Positions 24,988-35,466 of a stretch of DNA of 64,000 nucleotides are shown piece by piece. The notes below the pieces were generated by a model. That model made no database searches, was not told where the DNA came from, and was given only the letters and a program-made list of their open reading frames with translations. The number at the start of each line of letters is the position of its first letter. Position 1 is the first letter of the stretch. The position numbers and the translations under genes are program-made. The stretch is taken from assembly GCA_965242855.1 (NCBI GenBank), contig OZ251509.1, positions 2,753,533 through 2,817,532 on the forward strand, given 5' to 3'. Origin of the DNA: Alphaproteobacteria bacterium. Its GTDB lineage: Bacteria > Pseudomonadota > Alphaproteobacteria > UBA828.

Positions 24988-25273
24988 GAGCGCCTGCCCG
25001 ACGGTTGAACGGGAACGCGAAGAGGCGTGCAGGCTTATATCACCGCTTCCCGACCGCCGATAGCGACGCGATTCCCGAATTTTGTCTTATTTCGGTTCTA
25101 ATGTCGAGGTGGAGGCAGGTCTCCTCGCTTGGCTTCATTGACACGATTGAAATTTCCTTCGATTAGGACATCCATATTGCCCTATAATGGGCCGAGGAAC
25201 TTGACGTGAAGCACCTCGTCGCGTGGAATGGATGCGATGCGCCGAGGGGCGGAAGACCGGCGGAGGAAGGCGC

Positions 25274-26707
25274 GTGACCGCGGAGATGCTCAGGTTCGTG
25301 ACGCTGGCGCAGCACCATCCCGACAAGCGCGCGCCGGCCTTGCGCCGCCGCGACTGGGGCGAGGTGTACGACGATTTCCACCCCGAGGCGGCGGCCGAGC
25401 AGGCGGCGCGTTGCGCGCAATGCGGCGTTCCCTTCTGTCAGATTCACTGTCCGGTCTCCAACAACATCCCGGACTGGCTCATGCTGACGGCGGAGGGGCG
25501 CCTGCAGGAGGCCTACGAGATCTCGTCGGCGACCAACAACATGCCCGAGATCTGCGGCCGCATTTGCCCGCAGGACCGACTGTGCGAAGGCAATTGCGTC
25601 ATCGAGAAGGGGTTCGAATCGGTCACCATCGGCGCCGTCGAGCGCTACATCACGGACACGGCGTTCCGCAACGGCTGGGTCGCGCCGCCCGCACCGCCCG
25701 CCGAGCGGCCGCAATCGGTCGGCATCGTCGGCGCCGGCCCGGGCGGCCTCACCGCCGCCGAGGAGCTGCGGCGGTACGGCTATCAGGTCCACATCTACGA
25801 CCGCTACGACCGGGCGGGCGGGCTGTTGATCTACGGCATTCCCAACTTCAAGCTGGAGAAGGACATCGTGCGGCGTCGGACGGACCTGCTGGCGGCCGGC
25901 GGCGTGCGGATGCACCTGAACGTCGAGGTCGGACGCGACTGCTCTCTCGCCGATTTGCGCGCGCGGCACGATGCACTGGTGCTCGCCACCGGCGCCTACA
26001 AGGCGCGCGACATCAAGGTGCCGGGCGTCGGTCTCGGCAACGTCTTCCAGGCGATGGCCTACCTCACCGCGAGCAACCGCAAGGGGCTCGGCGACCGGGT
26101 GCCCGCTTTCGACGACGGCGCGCTGGACGCGCGGGGGAAGGACGTCGTCGTCGTGGGCGGCGGCGACACGGCGATGGATTGCGTGCGCACGGCGGTGCGC
26201 CAGGGCGCGCGTTCCGTCCGCTGCCTCTACCGGCGCGACCGCGCCAACATGCCGGGCTCGATGCAGGAAGTGACCCACGCCGAGGAGGAGGGAGTCGAAT
26301 TCGTCTGGCTGTCCGCGCCGGAGGCCGTGCTCGGCGAAACCCGCGTCGAAGGCGTGCGCGCGGTGCGCATCCACCTGGGCGTCGCCGACGCCGGCGGGCG
26401 TCAAATTCCCCAGCCGATCGCCGGCTCGAGCTACGCCATCGACGCCGACCTCTTGATCAAGGCGCTCGGCTTCGATCCCGAGGATCTGCCGGCCCTGTTC
26501 GACGCGCCGACCCTCGAGACGACGCGCTGGGGAACGCTGCTCATCGACTGGCGCACGATGATGACCAGCCTCGACGGCGTCTTCGCCGTCGGCGACATCG
26601 TGCGCGGTGCCTCGCTCGTCGTCTGGGCGATCAAGGACGGCCGCGACGCCGCCCGTTCGATCCACCGCTACATCCAGGCCCGCGCCGCCGGGGAGCCACA
26701 GCCGTGA
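25274..26707 (+). CDS. gltD: Glutamate synthase small subunit
   Basis: CAQCGVPFCQIHCP, GRICPQDRLCEGNC, GAGPGG, GGGDTAMD, RGASLVVWA; GTG start with GGAGG RBS. Confidence 0.96.
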   Translation: MTAEMLRFVTLAQHHPDKRAPALRRRDWGEVYDDFHPEAAAEQAARCAQCGVPFCQIHCPVSNNIPDWLMLTAEGRLQEAYEISSATNNMPEICGRICPQDRLCEGNCVIEKGFESVTIGAVERYITDTAFRNGWVAPPAPPAERPQSVGIVGAGPGGLTAAEELRRYGYQVHIYDRYDRAGGLLIYGIPNFKLEKDIVRRRTDLLAAGGVRMHLNVEVGRDCSLADLRARHDALVLATGAYKARDIKVPGVGLGNVFQAMAYLTASNRKGLGDRVPAFDDGALDARGKDVVVVGGGDTAMDCVRTAVRQGARSVRCLYRRDRANMPGSMQEVTHAEEEGVEFVWLSAPEAVLGETRVEGVRAVRIHLGVADAGGRQIPQPIAGSSYAIDADLLIKALGFDPEDLPALFDAPTLETTRWGTLLIDWRTMMTSLDGVFAVGDIVRGASLVVWAIKDGRDAARSIHRYIQARAAGEPQP

Positions 26708-29700
26708 GACGGGGCGGAGACGCGCTGCCGCGGGCGGGCCTTTACGATCCGGCGTTCGAGCACGACTCCTGCGGAGTCGGGCTGATCGCGGCGCTCGACG
26801 GGGCCGCGCGGCGCGACGTGGTCGAGGCGGGCGTCGCCGCGCTCAAGGCGGTGTGGCACCGGGGCGCGGTCGACGCCGACGGCAAGACGGGCGACGGCGC
26901 CGGGATTCACGTCGAGATCCCGCAGAACTTCTTCAAGGAGCACGTCGAGAACACCGGTCACGCGCCGCGCGAAGGCCGGCTCGCCGTCGGCATGATCTTC
27001 CTGCCCAAGACCGATCTCGGCGCCCAGGACATCTGCCGGGGAATCGTCGAGACGGAGATCCTGCGCTTCGGCCACGGCATCTACGGCTGGCGCCAAGTGC
27101 CGATCGACTCCTCGGTCATCGGCGAGAAGGCGAATGCCAGCCGGCCCGAGATCGAGCAGGTCATGATCTCGAACGAGCGCAGCGCGGACGACGACCAGTT
27201 CGAAATCGATCTCTACGTGATCCGCCGCCGCATCGAGAAGCAGGTCCTCGACCGCCACGTCTCCGGCTTCTACGTCTGCTCGCTCTCCTCCCGCTCGGTC
27301 ATCTACAAGGGCATGTTCCTGGCCGAGCAGCTCACGGCGTTCTATCCCGACCTCCTGGACGAACGCTTCGTGTCCCGCTTCGCGATCTTCCACCAGCGCT
27401 ATTCGACCAACACCTTCCCGACCTGGCGCTTGGCGCAGCCCTTCCGAATGCTCGCCCACAACGGCGAGATCAACACGATCAGGGGCAACAGGAACTGGAT
27501 GGCGAGCCACGAGACGCGGGCCGCCAGCGACGTTTTCGGCGCCTACAACAACGAGCTCTTCCCGCTGATCGAGCCGGCCGCCTCGGATTCGATGGCCCTC
27601 GACGCGGTCTTCGAGGCGCTGGTCCGGGCCGGGCGCTCCGTTCCGGCGGCACACAGCCTCCTGATCCCGGACGCCTGGTCCAAGAAGCAGGGGATGCCGG
27701 AGAGCCACCGCGCCTTCTACAACGTCTGCAACTGCCTCATGGAGCCCTGGGACGGCCCGGCGGCGATCGCCGCGACCGACGGCACCTGGATCCTCGCCGG
27801 GATGGACCGCAACGGGCTCCGCCCCATGCGCTACAGCGTCACCGCCGACGGCCTGCTGGTTGTCGGCTCCGAGACCGGCATGGTCCCACTCGCCCCGGAG
27901 AGCGTCGTCGAGAACGGCCGCCTCGGGCCGGGGCAGATGATCTGCGTGGACCTCGCCTCCGGCCGCCTCCATCACGACCGCGAGATCAAGGACGCGCTCG
28001 CCGCTGCCAAGCCCTACGCGGACTGGGCCGCCGACGTGGTCGACGCGAGCGCCCTCGTCGCCGGCAGCACGGCGCCCCGGATGTTTTCCCGCGACGCCCT
28101 CCGCAGGCACCAGCGCATGGTCGGCTACTCCATGGAGGAGCTCGAAATGGTGCTCCATCCCATGGCGGACGACGGCAAGGAGCCCACCGGCTCGATGGGC
28201 GACGACACGCCGCTCGCCGTGCTCTCCGGCCAGTATCGCGGCCTTCACCACTACTTCCGGCAGATGTTCGCCCAGGTGACCAACCCGCCGATCGATTCCT
28301 TGCGCGAATACAGCGTCATGAGCCTGCTGACCCGGCTCGGCAACATGGGCAACGTCTTCGCCGAGACGCCGGAGCGGACGGCGGTGATGCAGCTCGACTC
28401 GCCGGTTCTGACCAACGGCGAGTTCGCGGCGCTGCTCGACCGTCTGGGCGAGAGGACGGCCTGGATCGACTGCACCTTCGACGCGGCTTCCGGCGGCCGC
28501 CAGCTCACGACCGCCATCAAGCGTGTCCGCAGCGAGGCGGAAGAGGCGGTACGCGGCGGCGCCACCCATCTGGTCCTGACCGACGAGCGCGTCTCGCGGG
28601 AGCGCGCGCCAATCCCGATGATCCTGGTGGCCGGCGGCGTCCACAGCCACCTCGTCCGGCAGCGGCTCCGCACCTTCACCTCGATCAACGTGCGCGCCGC
28701 CGAGTGCCTCGACGTGCACTATTTCGCGGTCCTGATCGGCGTCGGCGCGACCACGGTCAATCCCTATCTGGCGCTCGAAAGCGTGGCGGACCGTTGGGAG
28801 CGAGGGCTGTTCGGCGACCGGAGCCTCGCCGAATGCGAGCGGCGCTACCGGGAGGCGGTGGATTCCGGGCTGCTCAAGATTCTCTCCAAGATGGGCATTT
28901 CGGTGCTGAGCTCCTACCGGAGCGGCTACAACTTCGAAGCCGTCGGGCTGAGCCGGGCGCTGGTCGCCGACTTCTTCCCCGGCATGACTGCGCGGCTCTC
29001 GGGGATCGGCTTGAACGGCATCAAGCGCCGCGTTCTGGAGCAGCACCGCAAGGCCTGGGAGGAGAGCCCGGTGGTGCTGCCGGTGGGCGGTCTCTTCAAG
29101 TACCGGCGGTCGGGGGAAGTCCATGCCTTCGACGGGCGGTTGATCCACGGGCTTCAGGCAGCACTCGCGGGCGATTCCTACGCCGGCTACCGCAAATACG
29201 CGGAAGGCGTCCACGCGCTGCCGCCGGTCCACGTCCGCGACCTGCTCGACTTCAAGCCCGACCGGCCCGCCATCGCGCTCGAGGCGGTGGAATCGATCAC
29301 CCGGATCCGCAAGCACTTCATGAGCGGCAGCATGTCTCACGGCGCGCTGTCGAAGGAGGCACACGAGACGCTCGCGATCGCCATGAACCGCATCGGTGCG
29401 TCCTCGTGCAGCGGCGAGGGCGGTGAGGACCCGGCGCGCTTCGAACCGCGCGAAAACGGCGACAACGCCTCCTCGGCGGTCAAACAGATCGCCTCCGCCC
29501 GCTTCGGCGTGACCGCGGAATATCTGAACCGCTGCCGAGAGATCGAGATCAAGATCGCCCAGGGGGCGAAGCCCGGCGAGGGCGGCCAGCTGCCGGGGTT
29601 CAAGGTCTCTGACGAAATCGCCCGGCTGCGCCACGCGACGCCCGGCGTGACGCTGATCTCGCCGCCCCCCCATCACGACATCTACTCGATCGAGGATCTG

Positions 29701-31200
29701 GCGCAGCTCATCTACGACCTGAAGCAGATCAACCCGCGGGCGCGGGTCTCGGTGAAGCTCGTGGCCGAAGCCGGCATCGGCACCGTGGCCGCGGGCGTGG
29801 CCAAAGCCAAGGCCGACGTGATCCTGGTCTCCGGCCACGACGGCGGGACCGGCGCGTCCCCCCAGAGCAGCGTGAAATACGCGGGCGTGCCCTGGGAGAT
29901 GGGCCTGGCCGAGGTGCATCAAGTGCTGACCTTGAACCACCTGCGGCACACGACGACCGTGCGGGTGGACGGCGGCATCAAGACCGGCCGCGACGTCGTC
30001 ATCGCCGCCATGCTGGGCGCCGAGGAGTTCGGCATCGGTACGGCCTCGCTGGTGGCCATGGGCTGTATCCTCGTGCGGCAGTGCCACAGCAACACCTGCC
30101 CCGTCGGCGTCTGCACCCAGGACCCGGCGCTCCGCGCCAAGTTCGAGGGCACGCCGGAAAAGGTCGTCACGCTGTTCAGCTTCGTCGCCGAGGAGGTGCG
30201 CGAGATCCTGGCGTCGCTCGGGGCGCGGACGCTGACCGAGATCACCGGACGCACCGACCTGCTCCGCCAAGTCAGCCGGGGCAGTGCCGACCTCGACGAT
30301 CTCGACCTGAACCCGCTGCTCGTCCAGGCCGATTCGGGCGACCGGCCACGCCACTCGACCCGCGAGGGCAGGATCGAGGTGCCGGGGACCCTGGACGAGC
30401 AGATGATCGGCGATGCCGACGACGCGTTGGAAGTCCCGGAGAAGACGCAACTCGCCTACACGATCCGCAACACGCATCGCTCGATCGGCGCCAGGCTTTC
30501 GTCGAACCTGACCCGGCGTTTCGGCATGTCCGGCCTGCCGCCCGACTACTTCACCGTGAGCCTGCGCGGCTCGGCCGGCCAGTCGCTCGGCGCGTGGGCC
30601 GTCCAGGGGCTCAAGGTCGTGGTGATCGGCGACGCCAACGACTATGTCGGGAAGGGACTCTCCGGCGGCACCATCGTCGTGCGGCTGCCGACCTCGAGCC
30701 CGCTGGTCTCCAGCGAGAACACGATCGTGGGCAATGTCGTCCTCTACGGGGCCATCGGCGGCAAGCTGTTCGCTGCCGGCCAGGCGGGCGAGCGCTTCTG
30801 CGTGCGCAATTCCGGCGTCCGCGCCGTGGTCGAGGGCTGCGGCTCGAACGGCTGCGAATACATGACCGGCGGCACGGCCGTGATCCTGGGGCCGGTCGGC
30901 GACAATTTCGCCGCCGGCATGACCGGCGGCATGGCCTTCGTCTACGACCCGGACGGCTCCTTCGAGCGGCGGGTGAACGCCGATACGGTGGTCTGGCAGC
31001 GGATCGCGAGCCGGCATTGGGAGGACGAATGCCGCGCCCTGGTCGCGGAGCACCATGCCGAGACCCGCTCGCGCCACAGCGAGCGCCTGCTCGCCGACTG
31101 GACGCTCGAGATCGGCGCCTTCTGGCAGATCTGCCCCAGGGAGATGCTCCCCCGCCTCGCCCATCCGCTGTCCGACGAAGCGGAGGCCGAAATCGCCTGA
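26704..31200 (+). CDS. gltB: Glutamate synthase large subunit
   Basis: HDSCGVG, HQRYSTNT, HNGEINT, AQVTNPPID, QGAKPGEGGQL, CHSNTCPVGVC; GTGA overlap with gltD. Confidence 0.98.
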   Translation: MRRGGDALPRAGLYDPAFEHDSCGVGLIAALDGAARRDVVEAGVAALKAVWHRGAVDADGKTGDGAGIHVEIPQNFFKEHVENTGHAPREGRLAVGMIFLPKTDLGAQDICRGIVETEILRFGHGIYGWRQVPIDSSVIGEKANASRPEIEQVMISNERSADDDQFEIDLYVIRRRIEKQVLDRHVSGFYVCSLSSRSVIYKGMFLAEQLTAFYPDLLDERFVSRFAIFHQRYSTNTFPTWRLAQPFRMLAHNGEINTIRGNRNWMASHETRAASDVFGAYNNELFPLIEPAASDSMALDAVFEALVRAGRSVPAAHSLLIPDAWSKKQGMPESHRAFYNVCNCLMEPWDGPAAIAATDGTWILAGMDRNGLRPMRYSVTADGLLVVGSETGMVPLAPESVVENGRLGPGQMICVDLASGRLHHDREIKDALAAAKPYADWAADVVDASALVAGSTAPRMFSRDALRRHQRMVGYSMEELEMVLHPMADDGKEPTGSMGDDTPLAVLSGQYRGLHHYFRQMFAQVTNPPIDSLREYSVMSLLTRLGNMGNVFAETPERTAVMQLDSPVLTNGEFAALLDRLGERTAWIDCTFDAASGGRQLTTAIKRVRSEAEEAVRGGATHLVLTDERVSRERAPIPMILVAGGVHSHLVRQRLRTFTSINVRAAECLDVHYFAVLIGVGATTVNPYLALESVADRWERGLFGDRSLAECERRYREAVDSGLLKILSKMGISVLSSYRSGYNFEAVGLSRALVADFFPGMTARLSGIGLNGIKRRVLEQHRKAWEESPVVLPVGGLFKYRRSGEVHAFDGRLIHGLQAALAGDSYAGYRKYAEGVHALPPVHVRDLLDFKPDRPAIALEAVESITRIRKHFMSGSMSHGALSKEAHETLAIAMNRIGASSCSGEGGEDPARFEPRENGDNASSAVKQIASARFGVTAEYLNRCREIEIKIAQGAKPGEGGQLPGFKVSDEIARLRHATPGVTLISPPPHHDIYSIEDLAQLIYDLKQINPRARVSVKLVAEAGIGTVAAGVAKAKADVILVSGHDGGTGASPQSSVKYAGVPWEMGLAEVHQVLTLNHLRHTTTVRVDGGIKTGRDVVIAAMLGAEEFGIGTASLVAMGCILVRQCHSNTCPVGVCTQDPALRAKFEGTPEKVVTLFSFVAEEVREILASLGARTLTEITGRTDLLRQVSRGSADLDDLDLNPLLVQADSGDRPRHSTREGRIEVPGTLDEQMIGDADDALEVPEKTQLAYTIRNTHRSIGARLSSNLTRRFGMSGLPPDYFTVSLRGSAGQSLGAWAVQGLKVVVIGDANDYVGKGLSGGTIVVRLPTSSPLVSSENTIVGNVVLYGAIGGKLFAAGQAGERFCVRNSGVRAVVEGCGSNGCEYMTGGTAVILGPVGDNFAAGMTGGMAFVYDPDGSFERRVNADTVVWQRIASRHWEDECRALVAEHHAETRSRHSERLLADWTLEIGAFWQICPREMLPRLAHPLSDEAEAEIA

Positions 31201-31295
31201 GCGGCCCCGGCCGGCGCGCGACGAGGTTGATCGGAACCCGCGGCGGGGGCTACCATCGCCGGCAATCGACGCGGCCTCATACAGGCGGGGATCGT

Positions 31296-32576
31296 ATGCG
31301 AAGGCACTTGGCGGCCGGCGTGGCCGGCCTGATGACGCTCGTTCTCCCAGCCCTTCCGATCGCGGCGGAGGACACCGAAACCTACCGGCAGCTCAACCTG
31401 TTCGGCGACGTCTTCGAGCGCGTCCGCCGCGATTACGTCGAGGACGTGAGCGATTCCGAGCTGATCGAGGCGGCCATCGACGGCATGTTGAGCTCCCTCG
31501 ACCCCCACTCGAAATATCTCGACCCCAAGAGCTTCAAAGAAGTCCGGATACAGACCCGCGGCGAGTTCGGTGGACTCGGGATCGAGGTCACCATGGAGGA
31601 CGGCTTGGTCAAGGTGATCGCGCCCATCGACGACACGCCGGCGCAGCGCGCCGGTATCGAGGCGGGAGACCTAGTAACCCACCTGGACGACGAGCCGGTG
31701 CTCGGCCTGACTCTGGAACAGGCGGTCGAGAAGATGCGCGGCCCCGTCGATTCCGAGATCACCCTGACGATCCGGCGCCGGGGCGTGGACGAGGCGCTCG
31801 ACATCCCGATCACTCGCGCGGTCATCAAGATCCGTTCGGTGCGCGCGCGGATGGCCGGCGACGTCATGATCATGCGCATCTCTTCCTTCTCCGAGCGCAC
31901 TTCCGACGACCTCGAACGGATCGTGGGCGACCTGAGAGACGAACAGGAGGAGCCGGCGCGCGGGGCCGTGCTCGACCTGCGCAACAATCCCGGCGGTCTT
32001 CTCGATCAGGCGGTCGCGGTTTCAGATGCCTTTCTGGAACGCGGGGAAATCGTCTCGACCCGCGGCCGCCGCCCGGACGGCGTGCAGCGCTTCAACGCGC
32101 GCGACGGCGACCTGATCGACGGCCTGCCGCTCGTCGTGCTGATCAACGGCGGTTCGGCGTCGGCGTCCGAGATCGTGGCAGGCGCGTTGCAGGACCACCG
32201 GCGGGCGATCGTCCTCGGCACGCGGTCGTTCGGCAAGGGATCGGTGCAGACCGTCCTTCCCATGGGCGACCAGGGGGCGGTGCGCCTGACGACGGCCCGT
32301 TACTACACGCCTTCCGGCCGCTCCATACAGGCGGAAGGGATCGACCCGGACATCGTGGTGGAGCAGGCGCGCGTGGAGCCGGTGACGCCGGCCCGGCAGC
32401 GGCGCGAAGCGGATTTGCGGGGGCGCCTGGACAACGACGGGCCGGACGATTCCGAGGAGGCGGGCCCGCCGCCGGACGGCGCCGCGGACGACGCGGCCGG
32501 GGCCGACTACCAGCTGGCCCGCGCCCTCGATCTTCTGCGGGGCCTCCGGCTGCTCTCCGACGCGACGGTCAATTAG
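31296..32576 (+). CDS. ctpA: S41 family carboxyl-terminal protease
   Basis: Signal peptide, LDPHS, GEFGGLGIEV PDZ, DLRNNPGG, SASASEI, FGKGSVQ, TTARYYTPSG. Confidence 0.93.
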   Translation: MRRHLAAGVAGLMTLVLPALPIAAEDTETYRQLNLFGDVFERVRRDYVEDVSDSELIEAAIDGMLSSLDPHSKYLDPKSFKEVRIQTRGEFGGLGIEVTMEDGLVKVIAPIDDTPAQRAGIEAGDLVTHLDDEPVLGLTLEQAVEKMRGPVDSEITLTIRRRGVDEALDIPITRAVIKIRSVRARMAGDVMIMRISSFSERTSDDLERIVGDLRDEQEEPARGAVLDLRNNPGGLLDQAVAVSDAFLERGEIVSTRGRRPDGVQRFNARDGDLIDGLPLVVLINGGSASASEIVAGALQDHRRAIVLGTRSFGKGSVQTVLPMGDQGAVRLTTARYYTPSGRSIQAEGIDPDIVVEQARVEPVTPARQRREADLRGRLDNDGPDDSEEAGPPPDGAADDAAGADYQLARALDLLRGLRLLSDATVN

Positions 32577-32593
32577 CGGGGGCGGCGTGCTCC

Positions 32594-32617
32594 GGTGCGC
32601 GGGCCTTCAGGGCCGGC
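32594..32617. repeat. REP-like palindromic element, copy 3 (opposite orientation)
   Basis: GGTGCGCGGGCCTTCAGGGCCGGC; its reverse complement resembles the copies at 265 and 9565. Confidence 0.5.
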
Positions 32618-32624
32618 CGCCGTC

Positions 32625-33137
32625 ATGACGGCGCACGACGCCCTCCCCTACCGGCCGGGCGTCGGCGTGCTTCTCCTCGACGCCGAGCGGCGGGTCTTCG
32701 TCGGCCGCCGCATCGACATGGCGCAGGAAGCCTGGCAGATGCCGCAAGGAGGGATCGACCGCGGCGAGACACCGCGCGACGCGGCGCTCCGGGAGCTCGA
32801 GGAAGAGACCGGGGTGGCACCGCATCTGGTGGAAATCGTTGCGGAAACCAAGGATTGGCTGTGCTACGACCTCCCGCCCGCGTTGACCGGGCGGGTCTGG
32901 CGGGGGCGCTACCGGGGCCAGGAGCAGAAATGGTTCGCCGCGCGCTTCCTGGGGACCGACGCCGACATCGACGTCGCGACGGCGCACCCGGAGTTCAGCG
33001 CCTGGCGCTGGTCGCGTACCGAAGACCTCTGCGCCAACGCCGTCCCCTTCAAGCGGGCGCTGTACGAAGCCGTGGTGGTGGAGTTCCGTCCCTTCCTTTC
33101 GCCGCCGCGCGCGCCAGCCGGCGGGCGTACAGCCTGA
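32625..33137 (+). CDS. rppH: RNA pyrophosphohydrolase (Nudix)
   Basis: [17 protein letters not shown], Nudix box [26 protein letters not shown]. Confidence 0.93.
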   Translation: MTAHDALPYRPGVGVLLLDAERRVFVGRRIDMAQEAWQMPQGGIDRGETPRDAALRELEEETGVAPHLVEIVAETKDWLCYDLPPALTGRVWRGRYRGQEQKWFAARFLGTDADIDVATAHPEFSAWRWSRTEDLCANAVPFKRALYEAVVVEFRPFLSPPRAPAGGRTA

Positions 33138-33912
33138 GGGCGCGCCACGCGAGCGCCGCGAGCGCCCGGCCCAGCCACCCCTGGGGCCTGATGCCGATGG
33201 CCTTCAGCGTCATGCCGACGCCGCGCCGGACGTGCCCCTCGCGGTAGAGCGGCAGGGTCCGCCCGGCATAGGCGCGGGACGACCGGCGGCGGTCGTAGGG
33301 CTCCACGGCGCCGACGCCGCAATGGTAGGCGTAGGCGAGCTCGTCGTCACTCGCTTCGAACAGCCGCCCGAACGCCACCCGAGCCCGCCCGAGCATACCG
33401 AGCCCTTCCTTTTCCCGGTAACGCTTCATGGCGTCGTAAAAGAGCTTGTAGTGGCGAAACTCGTCGCCCGCGATGCGCTTGCAGATCTCGCGGAACACGG
33501 GCTCGGCGGCGGCGTCGCGCAGCGCGCTGTAATAGGCCGAGGTGCCGACCTCGACGATGCAGCGAGCGACGAGCTCGCCGCAGCGCGAGCCGCGGATCGA
33601 CTCGCGGGCCTCGACGTCGATCGCGTGGCCGGCGACGAAGCGCGCGAACACCGCGTCGAAATCGAAGTCCGGATCCGCGAGTTCGGCGTAGCGCCTGAGC
33701 GCGCGGCCGTGCTGAACCTCTTCCTTCGCCCATTTCAGCGCGGCGGCGCAAAAGGCGGGGTCGTCGTGGAACACCCCGCACAGATACCTGCCGTAGTCGG
33801 CGCTGTGGTGCTCGACCATGCACGCCGCCTTGGCGATCTCGACCATGTCCGGATCGAGCCTGGACCGATCGAACCGCTCCCACGGGATGTCGTCGAGGGT
33901 CCACCTGCTCAT
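33049..33912 (-). CDS. Ferritin-like di-iron carboxylate protein
   Basis: Paired E...ExxH motifs (MVEH...EEVQH; IVEV...DEFRH). Confidence 0.85.
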   Translation of the reverse strand: MSRWTLDDIPWERFDRSRLDPDMVEIAKAACMVEHHSADYGRYLCGVFHDDPAFCAAALKWAKEEVQHGRALRRYAELADPDFDFDAVFARFVAGHAIDVEARESIRGSRCGELVARCIVEVGTSAYYSALRDAAAEPVFREICKRIAGDEFRHYKLFYDAMKRYREKEGLGMLGRARVAFGRLFEASDDELAYAYHCGVGAVEPYDRRRSSRAYAGRTLPLYREGHVRRGVGMTLKAIGIRPQGWLGRALAALAWRALRLYARRLARAAAKGRDGTPPPRLRTAPA

Positions 33913-34000
33913 GCTCGTCCTCGCCGCTCAGACAAAGCCGAGAGGGAACGGTATCGCAGCAGGAAGGGGCTGACAAGGAGCCGCCCCGTTTCGACGCAGC

Positions 34001-34175
34001 GGCATCGGCCTGTTCGGCGGCCGGGGAAGGCCGATCACCTCACCGATCGAGGCACTCCTCATCGCCCCCTCGCACGACGGATTGAACGCGCCCAGCGTGC
34101 CTTTGGCGGATCGTCGTGATCGGCGCTATTCTGATCGGCGTCGCCTCCGTCGACAACTGGCGGCGGCGGAGATAC
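34001..34175 (+). pseudogene. Decayed 3' remnant of an RbsC-type sugar ABC permease
   Basis: Frame from 34001 reads GIGLFGGRGRPITSPIEALLIAPSHDGLNAPSVP, then shifts to WRIVVIGAILIGVASVDNWRRRR, matching the permease C-terminal pattern GxSLFGGRG...IGALLI...NGL...WQ.VVIGAILI...D. Confidence 0.65.
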
Positions 34176-34326
34176 GGCGAAGAAGAACAACGGCCCGCGC
34201 CCATCCGGGCTTGCCCGGCCGGGTCGGCGCTTCGCCTTGCCGTCCCGGCTCTTATCCCGCGCTCGGGCACCATCGGCCGGGGGCGGCCGCGCATGACGTG
34301 GATCGAGACGATCGGGAGGTGTCGGG

Positions 34327-35466
34327 ATGACTGACGGAAACGACGTGCCGCTTATCGACCATCATTGCCATGGCGTCGTCCCGGTCGATCTGGAGGCGGA
34401 GCGGTTCGAGGCTCTGCTCAGCGAGGCCTTCGCGCCCGCGCCGGCGGGCACGAGCCATTGGGACAAGCCGGTCGCGCTGTCCATCCGCCGGTGGTGCGCG
34501 CCGGTCCTCGACCTGCCCAGGTTCTGCGCGCCGGCGGATTACATGGCGCGCCGTCACGCGCTCGGCGCCGAGGAGGTGAACCGACGCTTCCTCACCGGCG
34601 CCGACATCGGCACTTATCTCGTGGACACCGGGAACCGGCCCGAGGAGCTCTGCGGCTTCGCGGAACTCGGCGCACTCGCCGGCGCGCCGGCCCGCGAAAT
34701 CCTGCGCATGGAAGTGATCGCCGAGCGGGTCGCCTCGAGCCGGCCGTCGGCTTCGGGCTACGCGCGCGCCGTCGAGGAGGCCCTGCGCGCCGCCGCCGAC
34801 GGGGTCGCCGGGCTTAAGTCGGTGCTGGCCTATCGCGCCACGCTTCGCATCGACTACGAACCGCCCGGCGCGGCAGACGTGGAAGAGGCGGCCGGGCGCT
34901 GGCTCGCCGAGATCGCGCACACCGGCAAGGCGCGCATCGTCGATCCGGTGCTGGAGCGGCATCTGATCTGGACCGGCGCCGACATCGCGCGCGAGCGCGG
35001 CTTCCCGATCCAGTTCCATATCGGCTTGGGCGACCCGGACATCGAGCTGAACCGGGTGGACCCGAGCTACCTCACGCCCTGGGTCAAGGCGGTGGAGCCG
35101 TGGGGCTTCCCGATCACGCTGCTCCATTGCTACCCGTTCCACCGTCAGGCCGGCCTGATGGCGGAGAACTTCCCCCGGGTCTATTTCGACGTGGGCTTCG
35201 CGTTGAACTGGGTCGGGCCGAGTTACCGGCGGGTCATGGACGAGGCGCTCGAGCTCGCGCCCTTCACCAAACAGCTCTACAGCTCGGACGCCTTCGGCCT
35301 CTCCGAACTCTATTATCTGGGCGCGCGGCGCTTCCGCGCCGCACTCGCCGGCACCTTCGCCCGCTGGGTGGACGACGACGAACTGCCGGGCGACGAAGCC
35401 GCGCGAATCGCCGCCCTGATCGGCGCCGGGAACGCCCGTCGCATCTACGGGATTCCGGCGCAGTGA
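34327..35466 (+). CDS. Amidohydrolase family protein (Amidohydro_2/FluG-N-like)
   Basis: IDHHCH, KSVLAYR, QFHIGLGD, LLHCYPF, LYSSDA, NARRIY. Confidence 0.88.
   Translation: MTDGNDVPLIDHHCHGVVPVDLEAERFEALLSEAFAPAPAGTSHWDKPVALSIRRWCAPVLDLPRFCAPADYMARRHALGAEEVNRRFLTGADIGTYLVDTGNRPEELCGFAELGALAGAPAREILRMEVIAERVASSRPSASGYARAVEEALRAAADGVAGLKSVLAYRATLRIDYEPPGAADVEEAAGRWLAEIAHTGKARIVDPVLERHLIWTGADIARERGFPIQFHIGLGDPDIELNRVDPSYLTPWVKAVEPWGFPITLLHCYPFHRQAGLMAENFPRVYFDVGFALNWVGPSYRRVMDEALELAPFTKQLYSSDAFGLSELYYLGARRFRAALAGTFARWVDDDELPGDEAARIAALIGAGNARRIYGIPAQ

Noticed and set aside
24988-25273. AT-rich uppP/gltD intergenic region with TTGACA (25138) and TATAAT (25183)
   Set aside because: The hexamers are about 39 nt apart and cannot form one promoter; likely an ordinary divergent promoter region with no definable element.
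25228-31200. Apparent 1990-aa GltD-GltB fusion
   Set aside because: The first ~490 codons are an off-frame reading of gltD; gltD stops at 26707 and gltB starts at the overlapping GTG 26704.
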